A model generated the notes under the pieces. The model saw nothing but the letters and a program-made list of their open reading frames with translations, did not search any database and had not been told where the DNA came from. The translations under genes were made by a program, and so were the position numbers. Shown here in pieces: positions 26,005 to 40,099 of a DNA stretch of 64,000 nt (position 1 is its first letter; every line of letters starts with the position of its first letter). The DNA lies in contig NC_068981.1 in NCBI RefSeq assembly GCF_001194135.2, positions 89,884,518-89,948,517 on the forward strand, in the 5' to 3' direction. The stretch comes from Octopus bimaculoides (lineage: Eukaryota).

Positions 26005-26200
26005 ATTGGTTGGCAGAGCATCGCAGGAAATTTTTCACTGGATTTAGTAACGTTCTGTTAAGTATTCTGAGTTCGAATTCCGCCGAGGTCGGCTTCTTCT
26101 TTCATCCTCTGGCGGGTCGATAAAAATAAAGTAACAGTACAACACTGGAAGCAATTCAAATAACGACGATTCCTTTTCTTAAATTTGAATCCCTGTACGT
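26005..26200 (+). mobile_element. SINE family B copy
   Basis: ttggcagagcatcgcagg...ttctgagttcgaattccgccgaggtcggcttcttctttcatcctctggcgggtcgataaaaataaagtaac. Confidence 0.8.
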
Positions 26201-26284
26201 TAGAATTTAATATACTCTGAAAATTATGAATCAATGTTGCTAACAGATTGCATTCATGTCTCCGCACAAAATGCATGCATGCAT

Positions 26285-26353
26285 GCACACACGAACGCAC
26301 ACACGAACGCACACACGAACGCACACACGAACGCACACACGAACGCACACACA
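26285..26353. repeat. 12-bp minisatellite (gcacacacgaac) x5+
   Basis: Five exact units at 26285-26344 plus a partial unit. Confidence 0.95.
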
Positions 26354-26446
26354 TGTATGCCTGCAAACATATACAAATGAATATGTACGCATACATACAT
26401 ACACGTATGAGAAAGAGAGATGGAGACAGAGAGGGGGCAGGAAGTT

Positions 26447-26449
<3 letters not shown>

Positions 26450-26520
<71 letters not shown>

Positions 26521-26605
26521 GAAGGAAGAAAGGAAGAAAGAAAGAAAGAAAGGAAGAAAGGAAGGACGGAAGGAAGGAAGGAAGGAAGGAAGANNNNNNN
26601 NNNTT

Positions 26606-26680
<75 letters not shown>

Positions 26681-26690
26681 AAAAGACAGA
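26450..26690. repeat. (GAAA)n/(GGAA)n microsatellite with small gap
   Basis: Directly visible. Confidence 0.95.
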
Positions 26691-26974
26691 CAGGAAAACA
26701 GACAGAAACTGAGAAACACAAGATTCAGGTCTTGTTCTGAAAGTATTTTGTATAATTAGTTTGCCTCCTCCAGGAATTATAGATTAAAATTTTTTTTTTA
26801 GTAAAGCAAAACAACAACAACAACGAAAAAAAACGCTCTTGTATAGAACTAATTAATTCATATACGCTTTGGTGTATTACGTAATTTCCATCGTATACTT
26901 TTTCAAATATACACAAGCAGATGATCTATTCCGAATTTATACACAAGAGCTCACACACGCACACACGCACACAT

Positions 26975-27015
<41 letters not shown>

Positions 27016-27056
27016 ATTGAGTATGTCTGTGAGTGTATGTACGTACGCGTATATAA

Positions 27057-27095
<39 letters not shown>

Positions 27096-27889
27096 CATTT
27101 CGGTAGGTTGGTTTAATATGTTCTACTATAGCCCAAAATCGACCAATGCCTTGTGAGTGAATTTGGTTGACGGGAATTGTGTGGAAGCCTGTCGCATGGT
27201 TGTGTGTGTGTATGTGTGTGTGTTTCGTGGGTGGGGTAACATAGAGACAAAATGGGTTATCTTTATGAAAAGCTACTTTTCTTTTTTACAAATTCGTTAT
27301 CCTGCTGTAAATATTCATTGGCAATCACATTTTTCTAAGTTTTGCAAAAATACTGGGTTATAATAACTCTCTTATGAAATTTATGCATAACTACGAAAAT
27401 TAATATACTATTCTTATTTATGACATCATCAACGTGTTAAATAATAAGGAATTTTCAACAAAAGATAAATAAATAAAGATCAAATATTCTCACCCGACCT
27501 ACTCTTTTCATTTTCTGAACTATGCTTGGTTCCGAAGATACAGCGATGATAGAAAACTAAAGAAATTGAAATTTGAGTAACATCATGTTCCACATGTATG
27601 TTATAATCCCATTATTAAGAGCAATGCTAGAGATCGGTTTTCTTGTAGAATGAGTTACTTGTGGACCGATCTAACTATCAACAGTTCAAGATTCTTGAAC
27701 CGAGATAAATGGTAATAAAGCATATTGTGTAAAGCAAGTTATGTAATCTCACATTATATTAAGTAACATATGGTGTGTAAATAAATTCCCCAGCTGCTGA
27801 AACGTACGTAGCATGAATTGAACAAAAATGACTATCTATTCATCTACATTTATATATGTGTATGTGTGTGTGTATCTGTATATACACAT

Positions 27890-28276
27890 TGTTGTTGGCA
27901 CTCCGTCGCTCACGACGTCGAGGGTTCCAGTTGATCCGATCAACAGAACAGCCTGCTCGTGAAATTAACGTGCAAGTGACTGAGCACTCCACAGACACGT
28001 GTACCCTTAACGTAGTTCTTGGGGATATTCAGCGTGACACAGAGTGTGACAAGGCTGACCCTTTGAATTACAGGCACAACAGAAACGGGAAGTAAGAGTG
28101 AGAGAAAGTTGTGGTGGAAGAGTACAGCAGGGTTCGCCACCATTTCCTGTCGGAGCCTCGTGGAGCTTTAGGTGTTTTCGCTCAATAAACACTCACAACG
28201 CCCAGTCTGGGAATCGAAACCGCGATCCTATGACCGCAAGTCCGCTGCCATAACCACTGGGCCATTGCGCCTCCAC
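27890..28276 (-). mobile_element. SINE family C, full-length, 13-bp TSD
   Basis: tRNA-like head (minus strand gtggaggcgcaatggcccagtggtta), tail gagtgccaacaaca. TSD tgtatatacacat at 27877-27889 and 28277-28289. Confidence 0.96.
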
Positions 28277-29384
28277 TGTATATACACATATACACACATA
28301 AAAAAGTAAAAGACTGAGAGAGTGTGGAGGATAAAACTCCAAATTCTGGAAGATATTCCATTTATACTGAATGCCTCCATCCTTTCTGTACAAGCTCCAC
28401 ACTATGTATAATGATTATCCTTCTTTATAACAATCATCATCATCAAGTAATTTTTTTCTCTCACGGAATTCCTGTGACCATATTTGAGAGTTAGACGTAT
28501 AACGGCCTATTTTAGTGCGGGTGTCTGCATGTATGTATGTGAGCGCGAATGAGAAAGAGGGTGGAAAGAAAGAGGGAAGAGTAGAAAAGAGGAGCGGAGA
28601 CGGTAAGACAGAGAGACAGGGAATTCCTTCTTTTCATCCTGATGAATTGTATTAAGCTTCATATGATTATATAAAACCTTCTTGCTGTCGATGTGACTGA
28701 CGCTCTTATTGTTGTTGTTGTTACTACTGTTGTTACCGTTGTTTAGCTCCAGGATAGCTTGATCGAGCAGACCAAAGACCAAATGTATTCCAGTCTTTAT
28801 TGCCCAACCTTTTATTCAAATTAAATGCATTTAGGACTGCATTATGCAATGAGTCCTTTTTAAAAGAGATTGTAGAGTGTGACTGGAGGAAGATTTCGCT
28901 ACTGTTGCCAGAAAGTAATACAACCGAGTACAGGCATTCTCACTACTGTTGTTAGCGGTGGCGGTGGTGGTGATAGTGGTGGTGGTGGTGGTTTTGGTGG
29001 TGGTGGTAGATTTGATGGTGGTGGTGGATTTGGTGGTGGTGGTGGTGGTGGTGGTTGTCGTCGTCATCGTCGTCATCGTCGTCGTCGTCTTCGAGCTGAA
29101 AACTCACCTACTCACCCAACACACCCCTAACTAAGCATTCACGCCATGACCGTCTCGTATTTTTTTTTTGTACGTCGGTAGTATTAGATTAGTATTGGAT
29201 TTAACTGGGCTTCGGCTATTAATTCTATCAGATCGAGAAGCCACATGCAATCTTCTCTAAACAGCAAGTGACCAACACAAGCTTCGTACAAATGCAGTTA
29301 GCATTCCGTTGTCAGAAATTTTGAAATTCGAAAAGCTTTAAATTTTAAAATTCGAAAATCTTCAAGCTGCAAATATATGTAAAA

Positions 29385-29593
29385 GCGCAGGTGTGGCTTT
29401 CTAGCAAGAAGTTTGTCTTCCCAACAATTGTGTGGTACCTTGGGCATGTGCCCACTGCTATAACGCCAGCCCGACCAAGCCTTGTTAGCAGATTTGATAG
29501 ACGGTAACTGGTAAAAGTATGTCAAATGTGTGTGTATGTGTGTGTGCGCATGTGCGTTTTTGTGTGTGTATGAGAGAGAGAGAGAGGAAGGAT

Positions 29594-29626
<33 letters not shown>

Positions 29627-29806
29627 GTGTCCTGCACCACCGCTTGACACCTCGTGGTTGGTTTGTTTACGTCTCTGTAACTTAGCGGCTCGACAAAAGA
29701 AGCGAAGGAATAAGTACCAGGCTTTAAAAAACTTAAGTAGTAAGGTCGATTTATTTGACTAAACTCAAAAAGGTAGCGCTCCAACATGGGCGCAGATCAA
29801 TGATTA
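29385..29806 (+). mobile_element. SINE family A, decayed full-length copy
   Basis: gtggtaccttgggcatgtg...ccgaccaagccttgttagcagatttgatagacgg...ccgcttgaca...taacttagcggctcgacaaaag...gtcgatttatttgactaa...gctccaacatgg. Confidence 0.85.
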
Positions 29807-30010
29807 GTTATCGTTTGCCCTTTTTGTTTTTATTAATCGTATCTGCTTTTTAGCAAAAACCTTAACAGTTTTTCTCAAGATGCTCAAGTAACAATATAGA
29901 ATTAGTATAGATTTCCTGAAGTCTTGAATTAAATTGCAGAAAACCTAAGGCTCAAGTTACTCTTTGCAGCTCACTATTGTTCCTTGGTGGACCATTTAGA
30001 AACCATTACT

Positions 30011-30339
30011 TTTACCCTTTGCCTGTCCTGTGTATACACAGGAATATTACCCTGGCTTCATGCATCACATATGATACACATATCCATTTTTTTCAACCAC
30101 CACAGTAACTTGGAACTTATGTAAGGAAAGCTTTATGTAAGGAAAGCTTTATGTAAGGAAAGCTTTATGTAAGGAAAGCTTTATGTAAGGAAAGCTTTAT
30201 GTAAGGAAAGCTTTATGTAAGGAAAGCTCTATGTAAGGAAAGCTTTATAATTTTTAGAACATTTAAAACAAGGCCTGGCAAAAACCATGGACGTTAAGGA
30301 CAAAATTAGGAAAATGCTTTGGACAGGTAAAGGGGTTAA
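30011..30339. mobile_element. piggyBac-like MITE containing a 16-bp x8 tandem array
   Basis: Left ttta-ccctttgcctgtcc and right ggacaggtaaagggg-ttaa form imperfect ~14-bp TIRs with TTAA-like flanks. Confidence 0.6.
30117..30244. repeat. 16-bp minisatellite (ttatgtaaggaaagct) x8
   Basis: Seven exact units plus one with a single substitution. Confidence 0.97.
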
Positions 30340-31299
30340 GTAATTGCTTGTTCTGTGAATTGTCTCGGCTTAAATGCCTTAATCATACATTAGTTCGACT
30401 TGTTGCTAAAAAGAAAACAGAAACAGCAACAATAGTTACAGCAGCGTTATTGATGCTGACATATAGATTAAAAATAAAGCATACTCCGCACAAAAAAGGA
30501 CACCAGTGCATTTACAATTTCGTAAGCTCTAAATAATATGCTCAGACAGACATATACTGAAATACCCATAAGCACACACATTCGGGACTCCACACGGGTA
30601 CAAACACAGACACACAAATACATAGGCACAGAAACATGTAAATACGCAAACATATAGTCACAAACACTCACGCATGTACACACAAACGCATATATTGGAA
30701 AACATCCTATAATCAATAATGATCTCAAGCCACAAATATTGATGAGAGCGGTCATAGTCGATTCATCGATCTTCTGAATCTGATAAGCACTTTATAATTA
30801 TTGAATCCGAACGGGACAGATAAATATAAGATTTGAACTCAGAACATGAAGAGCCATAACTAAGGAGAAAAATACATTTTGTTCGACGATCTAGTTATAG
30901 TCCATAGCAGAACATTGAATTAATAATAAAACTTTTCATTCTGAGCACAGGCATAGCAACTCGTACCACAATATTGTTTTCACCATAGCTTCGGATTGAT
31001 CATTAATTTGTAACTGAATTTTGGTAGACAAGACAGTGCTGAAGTCCGTCGTTTGTGTGTATATATCTTTTTAAAGAAATTATAATCTATTTTTTAAAAT
31101 TATTGATAAAATATACTGTCACAAACCTTTAGGGAAGAAGATTTTGTATAGTGTATATTTTGTGTGTTAGCGCTTTCGTTCTTCAACTTTTCAAACGCAC
31201 CAGTCATCAATAGATCGATGTTTTATTCAATAATCAGTCTTTAAGTGTTTCCATAAAATAGAGTCGACAATAATAATTATTATTACTTTTGCTTAACTC

Positions 31300-31460
31300 T
31301 TTCCAATTTGAGCACAAGAGCAGCTTTTAGGGACGAGGCAAGTCGATTACATTGACCTCAATGCTGAAATGGTACTTATTCAGCAACATCTGAATTCATA
31401 ACGTAAAGAGCCGAAAGAAATGCTGTTAAGCATTTTGTCTGGCATGCTAACGATTCTGCC
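31300..31460 (-). mobile_element. SINE family B, decayed
   Basis: gagcacaagagcagc...gtcgattacattgacctc...ggtacttattc...gaattcataacgtaaag...gttaagcattttgtctggcatgctaacgattctgcc. Confidence 0.7.
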
Positions 31461-31998
31461 TGTTCGCAGCATTACGTTAAAGTACTTTCACTAATAAACA
31501 ATATTAAATATTTCTATTTGCATCGATAAACTAGATAAATCAGGCTTCTAAATATTCTATCCAAATTTCTTCTGTTGGACATAGAAGTGAAATTATAACA
31601 TAATTTAGTATATAACATTTAAGAATTTTATAGTGGGTGACCTTGTATTGCTACATACTGTCATTAAAAGTTAGCTGTGTGTTAAACCAGATAATTATAT
31701 TCCCTGATTCTGCACCGCATTACGAATCAATGAAGGAGCATATATGCATTGTGCGATCTGCTAGACATAGCATCTCAATTACCTTGAAACCGCACTCTAC
31801 CGTTTTGGATAAAGAAGCATGAATTAAAAACAACATGCCTCTAGAAGCAATAGAGATTGTGCTGTCACATCTGGAGCTCCTTTGATACTGTTCTTTTACT
31901 TACAGGTTTTCATTATATTCTAGCGTTAAAAAAATTATCCCGTGTGTGTGTGAGAGAGAGGGGGTGAATGTGTGTGTGAGAGAGAGAAGGGGAGGATA

Positions 31999-32103
<105 letters not shown>

Positions 32104-32164
32104 TATTTTTGATTTTACGCCTACGAGGTATAGTTGCCGTTTAAAAAATGCTTGAAGATGAATT

Positions 32165-32552
32165 GTGGAGGTGCAATGGCCCAGTGGTTAGGGCAGCGAA
32201 CTCGCGGTCATAGGATCGCGGTTTCGATTCCCAGACCGGGCGTTGTGAGTGTTTATTGAGCGAAAACACCTAAAGCTCCACGTGGCTCCGGCAGGGGATG
32301 GTGGCGAACCCTGCTGTACTCTTTCACCACAACTTTCTCTCACTTTTACTTCCTGTTTCTATTGTGCCTGTAATTGAAAGGGTCAGCCTTGTCACACTGT
32401 ATCACGCTGCATATTCCTGAGAACTACGTTAAGGGTACACGTGTCTGTGGAGTGCTCAGCCACTTGCACGTTAATCTCACGAGCAGGCTGTTCCATTGAT
32501 CGGATCAACTGGAACCCTCGATGTCGTAAGCGACGGAGTGCCAACAACAACA
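32165..32552 (+). mobile_element. SINE family C, full-length, 10-bp TSD
   Basis: A-box-like tggcccagtggttag, B-box-like ggtttcgattccc, (caa)n tail. TSD aagatgaatt at 32155-32164 and 32553-32562. Confidence 0.96.
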
Positions 32553-33161
32553 AAGATGAATTACAAAAAAAAAAAGAGCAAAGGAAGAAATCAAAAACGG
32601 AATCATAGGAGAGGAATTAACAGATATTTTCGACTGTAGTTAACCCACGCAATTGGATCAAAGTTATAGCTTTAAACAGCCTAAAATACTACAAACTATA
32701 ACATCATACCAATCTAAACACTAACTTCAGAATTTTGTGCAAGAAGCATGATCTGCAAATAGTAAACTGCTGTTAGATTAGGTGCAAAGAAGGCGTGATG
32801 CTTGTAGAGATAAAATAGTTTCCGTTAAAAAAAAAGTACTTAAACATTTATAGTATATTGCAAAGAAAAGTCAACATAAATTCATCTTATCTAAACAGAA
32901 AATCAGTTGCCTGACTCGTGGTGTATTGGTGAACATGAATTCTTTTAGTGACTTTGATGTGTGTGCATATGTGTGTGTAAAGATATATGTATGTATGTAT
33001 GGATGGATGGATGGATGGGTAGAAGGATGGATGAATGGATGTTTAAGTCGTGGGTGTTTAGCTAAGTTATTTTAGTTGATATATAATTTGTTCATGTGTG
33101 TGTGTGTATACACCCACTAAAATACACAGACACTAAGTAATATACATATATGTATGTATGC

Positions 33162-33251
<90 letters not shown>

Positions 33252-33276
33252 ATGTATGTATATTGCAAGAAAAAGT

Positions 33277-33489
33277 CCAAAGGTCCTTCCCGAGCCATAG
33301 GCCTCTCGAGACCGGTTTCCTGGATTCTGTGGCGCGTATACTCCCACCCTGGAGGGGATACCCGGTCACCGCAGGGTTATTCATTGCTGGAGCAACGTGA
33401 AATTAATTGTTTTACTCAAGAACACAACAGACCCCTAATTCGGGAATCAAAACCACAATCTCACGATCATAAGCGTACCATTCAAACCG
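33277..33489 (-). mobile_element. SINE family D
   Basis: Minus strand: gtggttttgattcccg...gttgtgttcttgagtaaaac...tttcacgttgctccag...accctgcggtgaccgggtatcccctccaggg...ggaaaccgg. Related segments at 39880-40099 and 52782-53043. Confidence 0.75.
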
Positions 33490-33543
33490 TCACGCGCTTC
33501 CATGTCTGTGTGCGTGTATATATACGTACATACAACTCTGTGT

Positions 33544-33591
<48 letters not shown>

Positions 33592-33659
33592 ATCTTTCTA
33601 ATTTTGGCACAAGGCTAGCAATTTTGAGAGGAGGAGAAATTGAAAACTGCGAGGTATAT

Positions 33660-33945
33660 TGGGCAAGTATCTCCTATTATAGCCCCAGACCGACCAATGC
33701 CTTGTGAGCGAATTTGGTAAAAGGAAACTGTGTAGAAGACCGTTGTATATACATATGTGTGTTATGTGCGTATCAACTGGTGTTGGTTTGTTAGCGTCCC
33801 CCTAATTTAGCAGTTTGGCTTGAGTCCGATAGGAGGAGTAGCAGATTTTTTAAAAATAAGTACTGGGGCTTATTTGTTCGACTAAACCTCTCGGTGTCCC
33901 AGCATGGCTGTGGTCCAATGATTGAAACAAGTAAAAGATAAAAGA
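33660..33945 (+). mobile_element. SINE family A copy
   Basis: tgggcaagtatctcctattatagcccc...gccttgtgagcgaatttgg...aagtactggggc..atttgttcgactaa...ccagcatggctg...gattgaaacaagtaaaaga. Confidence 0.85.
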
Positions 33946-34110
33946 CTTACATATATATACTGAATACACAAGTACGCGCGCGCAAGCATACACGCACACA
34001 CACAAACACACACACACACACACACACGTACGTACGTGCATACATACATACATACATACATACATGTATATATACATACATACACGTATATATACATTCA
34101 TACATACATG

Positions 34111-34190
<80 letters not shown>

Positions 34191-35093
34191 CATGTATGTA
34201 TGTATACAGAAAATATGAAAACAGAAACATTTCAATGAATACCGAGTTGTCAAGGTATACGCTTGAGATTCCGGCGTTAGATCAATCGATATATCAATAA
34301 TCTAAATTTCATCCGAATCATCTTTCTAACAGTTTGGTAAATTTATATGTATCGGAAATTTCACCAAGTCGATGAGTATCCGACAAATAAAATCGATTCT
34401 TTCTATACCGATGCTGAATATGGAAACACGTTCTTTTATCTTTTAATTTTTCTTTTGTTTTTGTTTTGCTGTTGTTTTTTTTCTTTTTGTCTCTTCCACT
34501 TTTTCTCTTTGGAAAAAATCCAAATAATTTGATTGATGATCCAACCAGACGCGAAAACAGAACCACGTTTTGTCCCATTTATTTATTAGAGCGTAAGAGT
34601 GTAGCCAAATTTCCGAAAAACAAATGCTGCGTACCATAAAAGTATATAATCAATATAAGTGTGGTTAAAAGTTTGGCTGGAATTAAAACAGAGCATTACT
34701 TTATCCTTTCTCAGTTCAGACTTTTATATTTATCATGCTGAATATGGTAAAGTAACATATTATCGCATCGATATCATATTTGACATACCCCTATTGCATG
34801 TACCTTGGCCGATTCAATTTTGTACTTCTGTCCTCTCCTAAAGATGCGTAGTCTTAGCATATCCTTGTCTTGTTTTTGCTTTGCTTGTGTATTTATTTGC
34901 CTATTTTATTCTTTTGATCTGCACTGTAGTTATGTTGGAGCGTTGCTTTAAATGGTTTTAGCCGTTTATATCGAATCCCAGTACTTGTTTTTAGATCTGA
35001 TATATTATCAATCTTATTTATCGAACTGCTAAGTTACGAAGCATAAACACGTACACCGTTTTTGTTGATGCTGAGGGCTGTTTCTTCCATGTA

Positions 35094-35128
<35 letters not shown>

Positions 35129-36114
35129 CATATGTGTATGTATGTNNNNNNNNNNTATATATATGTATGTATATATGTTCTTCAACTTCACTTACAGTCA
35201 ATACAAAAATGTTTACCCAAGATGTCACGCAATTGAACCAAAAACTGAAACTATAGTGAATTTCTCGACTACACTGCCAAGACAAACTGATAATAAACTA
35301 GAATTGAATCAACCAACTATATTCTTAAATCTACAAAAACTAAATGGATAAGATTAGTCAATACTAAGGCACTTGAGAACACTGTAGTGCTGAATGCCTG
35401 GTAGTAGTTTACACGGCGCTCCTCTTGATAGAATCCACCCATGAAGTATTCTTATTGCAAATACCAGTCATACCATGACTGCAGATAAAACTGAAAGTTT
35501 ATATGGTAACTTTACGTTTCGTTCCCTCGAGAGATCGATAAAATAAGTACTGGGTCAATATAATCAATTAATTTTCTTCAGTTACGGAAACGAATAAAAG
35601 GAGACAAAAACAAATGAAAAGAGATTTCTTTAATAATTCATTTGAAAGGCAAATACCCTCCACAATTATATTTTGTCGTTATGATAGCTTCGATGTTCAA
35701 GAGACAGAATGATACAATATATTCGTTCTTCAGTTGGTAACACTATCCAACAAAGAAACCATTCAAGATAGTTATTGAATAATTCTTATTAATTAAATGT
35801 TTGACCTTAGCGTGTTTGTGTAGTGTGCAGAACACCGTCAGTCATATCGTTGAAGTTCTTATTAATTCACATCTGTTGATCATGAATTCGATCACCACTT
35901 TTTATTGCCACCCATGCATATGCTGAAAATATTTTCCTTGAGTGTTCCCGTATATAAATCTATATATAAAACAATATAACTTTCAATACATGTAGTCTGT
36001 ATCGATTGGTTAACTCGATTATAGATGTTATTATGGTTTGCTTGCAAGTTAGGGAACAATATGCAAGCATGACTGTCTTACTTCTGGAAATACAAGAGTA
36101 TATGACGTATCACA

Positions 36115-36390
36115 CACAGAAAAATAACACCAATTGCTTCTACTATATTTGCAGTGAATTAAATTCATTAATGTATTGCCAGATCATTACAGATGCATTC
36201 GAAATATTTATGTCAATTTCGGACGTGCTGTTGGGGATCAGGACATCAGATGACATGTTCATATCGTCACCGCGTAGTACGAGCACATGTTTGCTGCTTG
36301 AATTGTACTAACAATCTTAAGTGGTTTTTCAGTTGTAAAGTTGTCTATGGATCATGCCGCATTTACCATTTTGGAGAATAAATGTATATG
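36115..36390 (+). mobile_element. Decayed N-terminal Cys-rich fragment of a DNA transposase (Chapaev/CMC-like)
   Basis: Across frameshifts: NCFYYICSE, YVNFGRAVGDQD, RAHVCCLNCTNNLKW, MPHLPFWR. These resemble the FCYICG / YFG..VGDQD / APH.CC..C..L..W / MPF..P.IWR motif series. The family name is from memory. Confidence 0.6.
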
Positions 36391-37353
36391 ACGAATTTTT
36401 GTTTCTCCACAACCAGAAATACACACAAAAATAACAAAATACACACACACACACACAAAACCAAGAAAATAATTTCTAGAATTCAGCAAATTGTCCTGCT
36501 GTATTATATTCCGTTCATTTAACAGTACCCAATCCACTCGCTTTGTATTTTCTTCAGTAATATATCAGGTCATAACGAGAAATCAGTTATTGAATAGGGA
36601 ACCAGATCACGAATCTGAGAATAAAATAATTTCGTAACTCAAAGGGATATGAATGATCATCACGTGGTTTAAACTTGTTGAAGGGGAAAATACGAACACC
36701 TGGCCTGATGCTAAGTGTTCGTATATTTTACTGTGGATTTTACAAGCTTTTTCAACTATGATAACTCACTATCATGACAGATTGCCATCCTTTATCTACC
36801 TTGTTTTCAATGGGTGGTGACCTGGGCTTTTGTAACCGTTACGTGATTAATTATTTAACTGTAGATTATGGTGGGAATATTTCACTATCAATACCAGTTG
36901 CATATTTAACAATACTGAAGGAAAATCACGAAACACCCTACTCTCTCGCTCTAACACTCTCTTTCACGCTCTCGATCTATTCTTCCTTCCCTTCTCTCTC
37001 TAACTCTACTATAGATCGAATATAGTAGAATTAATTCATATATATATATATATATATCTATATATATATATNNNNNNNNNNNNNNNNNNNNNNNNNNNNN
37101 NNNNNNNNNNNNNNNNNNNNNNNNNNNNNNNNNNNNNNNNNNNNNNNNNNNNNNNNNNNNNNNNNNNNNNNNNNNNNNNNNNNNNNNNNNNNNNNNNNNN
37201 NNNNNNNNNNNNNNNNNNNNNNNNNNNNNNNNNNNNNNNNNNNNNNNNNNNNNNNNNNNNNNNNNNNNNNNNNNNNNNNNNNNNNNNNNNNNNNNNNNNN
37301 NNNNNNNNNNNNNNNNNNNNNNNNNNNNNNNNNNNNNNNNNNNNNNNNNNNNN

Positions 37354-37386
<33 letters not shown>

Positions 37387-38232
37387 AACATATATACATA
37401 TATGCATATATGTATATATATATAAATCGGAGCCGATGAAACAAGGACCAGTTGTGTCCTGGGTGGGGTCAATATAAGCAACTAATCTCCTCCCCTAGAA
37501 CGTGTAAGGCCCTGTGCCTGTGATTAATTTTCCCGGGACGGACGTTGAGAAGCTGAATTCATGTCCGTAGTCACTGAGGATATCCATTTTTACTGTTATT
37601 GAATTTTCTGAAAACTGAGAATTTGTTGAACTGTGTAACCCAACGGTTCATTCGTACAGTTAGTTGTGGCTCAATGTAATCGAATAAAGAGCAGAATTAA
37701 TGCTGTTCAAGTATAAAATTATCCCGTGATTCAGTAGAATACTGTAGCTGCTTAGAGAAGATACGTCAATCCAAAGAAATCTTTGTAGATGAGTTTCCGC
37801 ATAAGTACATCATTAATTTGCAAATGCATTTCTTCACCTACTTCTTTTTTGCTTAATATTCTTATTTGTTCCTCTAACTGTTATTCTTCTGCGGAATCCC
37901 ATTGTTATTATTGCTGTTAATAAACACTCGTGCATTTTACAAAACAATTTCAACAGCTGCTACATTATTTAACCTACATGAACAGCATGCTATGCAACCG
38001 ATGCGCAGCCAATAGCAATCATATCTCATTGAGACACACCTAAATGTCGTTGTTGGATAAAAAGAAAGATATTATCGAAGGTAATCGGCAAATGAAATGG
38101 CATCAAATAGTATTTTATTTATCTACTTCGTAAGGGTCATCTCAAGTATATCTCACTGAACATATTTTTAGCTTCCCTCTCACATATAAACACATGCTCA
38201 TATATAACCATTTAACTCTCTCCTTCTCTCTC

Positions 38233-38274
<42 letters not shown>

Positions 38275-38389
38275 CTCATTCTCTCTCTTTCTATTTATCA
38301 GTCTATCTACATCTCACAATATATATATACACACACACACATATATATATACATATATATGTATGTATATATATATATATATATATACA

Positions 38390-38426
<37 letters not shown>

Positions 38427-38455
38427 ACATACACACGCGCATACATCTATATGAG

Positions 38456-38486
<31 letters not shown>

Positions 38487-39534
38487 TTTTATCGCTTTCT
38501 CTCTCTTTCTCTCTCTTTCTCTCTCTTTCTCTCGCCTTCTCTCGCTTTCACTCTCACTACACTTACACTTACACACACACACACACACATACACATATAT
38601 ATTCCTCTCAGACACTTTTTCTCAGAGCCTCTCTTATTTTCTTCTTTCTCCCCTTCCTCTCTCTCTCTTTCCTCTCTCTCTCTCTCCTCTTTCTCTCACT
38701 GTGTCTCACCACCGCTACCCCTCCACGCACACACACACACATACACACATTTGTAATTACTATGTCCTCTTTGCAATAGTTCAACAACGAAAAAGAATAA
38801 AAAACATAAAAAGAAAAGAAAAGATTCTAATCAAGAAACAATTATACCACGTTATATGTTGAGTTCATGACTCAACCACTCGTCCATGGGAATAATGTAC
38901 TTTCAGTTCTTATATTGGCAAAAGACCTTAGTTTTAAAGAAGAAATACGAAGCCGTGAGATGATCATTGCTACTCCAAAATAATCATGGACGTGTTTTGT
39001 ACGTAACGTGACATTACTGCAATTATATAATCAATTCGTGTTACAGACTTGTGTACTCGGGAAATCTCGTTTACGTCAACACATCGCTTATTAACCAATT
39101 GATCTGGCCTGACGATTCTCATCACTAGTGACACCTGTGACCATATCATTTAGATCCTTTGCATCGTGCTATAGAATTGTTACACCAGCAGACAAAATGC
39201 CTTGCGGTATTTCTACCAGCTGTTTTCATTCCAAGTTCTAATCCCACCGAGATGAACTGTACCTTTTATCTTCTCGAGGTTCATAAAATATGGTTCCAAT
39301 GAAGCATCGGAATCGATATAATCAACTAACGCCTTTTCTTAAATTTGTAGCCTTGTGATTTATTTTAGAAATTATATTTTGTATCTACAGGTTGTTGTTA
39401 TCAGTAACACGTTAACATTTTCACCTTCTGTTACAAGACTTCAGTTTCTATAAATGTCACTAAAGCCGATCACATATGTAACAATAGAGTATTTCTGTTG
39501 ATTCAACTGATTATCTCCCTTCCTTACAACTATA

Positions 39535-39818
39535 TTGTTGTTGGCACTCTGTCGCTTACGACGTCGAGGGTTCCAGTTGATCCGATCAACGGAACAGCCT
39601 GCTCGTGAAATTAACTTGCAAGTGGCTGAGCACTCCACAGACACGTGTACCCTTAACGTAGTTCTCGGGGATAATCAGCGTGGCACAGTGTGACAAGGCT
39701 GACCCTTTGAATTACAGGCACAACAGAACAGGAAGTAAAAGTGAGAGAAAGTTGTGATGAAAGAGTACAGCAGGGTTTGCTACCATCCCCTGCCGGAGCC
39801 TCGTGGAGCTTTAGGTGT
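39535..39818 (-). mobile_element. SINE family C, 5'-truncated (lacks tRNA head)
   Basis: Closely matches 27890-28172 and stops at ggagctttaggtgt. Confidence 0.93.
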
Positions 39819-39879
39819 ATGTGTGTGTTTGTGTGTAAACCAACACTCGCGAGCAGATATGACTTGAATCATGTTTTTG

Positions 39880-40099
39880 CTACTTGTTTTCGGTGCCAAT
39901 GTAATCGCGTGGAAACAGTTCCCCCACCTCTTTGTCCCTTCCACCCTGGATCCAGCGAAAGATGAATGATATGACAACTGCAAGGAGATTAAAGGATCGC
40001 AATAACATTCAGTTGCTACTCATTTGCAGTTGAGTAGTGTGGAATAATGTGAAATGAAGTGCTTTCCTCAAGAATAAGGCACTGCGCCCAATCCGAGAA
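39880..40099 (-). mobile_element. SINE family D, decayed
   Basis: gttgagtagtgtggaataatgtgaaatgaagtgctttcctcaaga matches the reverse complement of the 52850-52910 segment. Confidence 0.65.

Noticed and set aside
28879-29130. Gly-rich ORF with FGGGG repeats resembling a structural protein
   Set aside because: It coincides with a degenerate (GGT)n/(CGT)n microsatellite and has no donor site or signal peptide.
30117-30244. CRISPR-like appearance of the regular repeat
   Set aside because: The units are contiguous with no spacers and there are no cas genes. It is a eukaryotic minisatellite.
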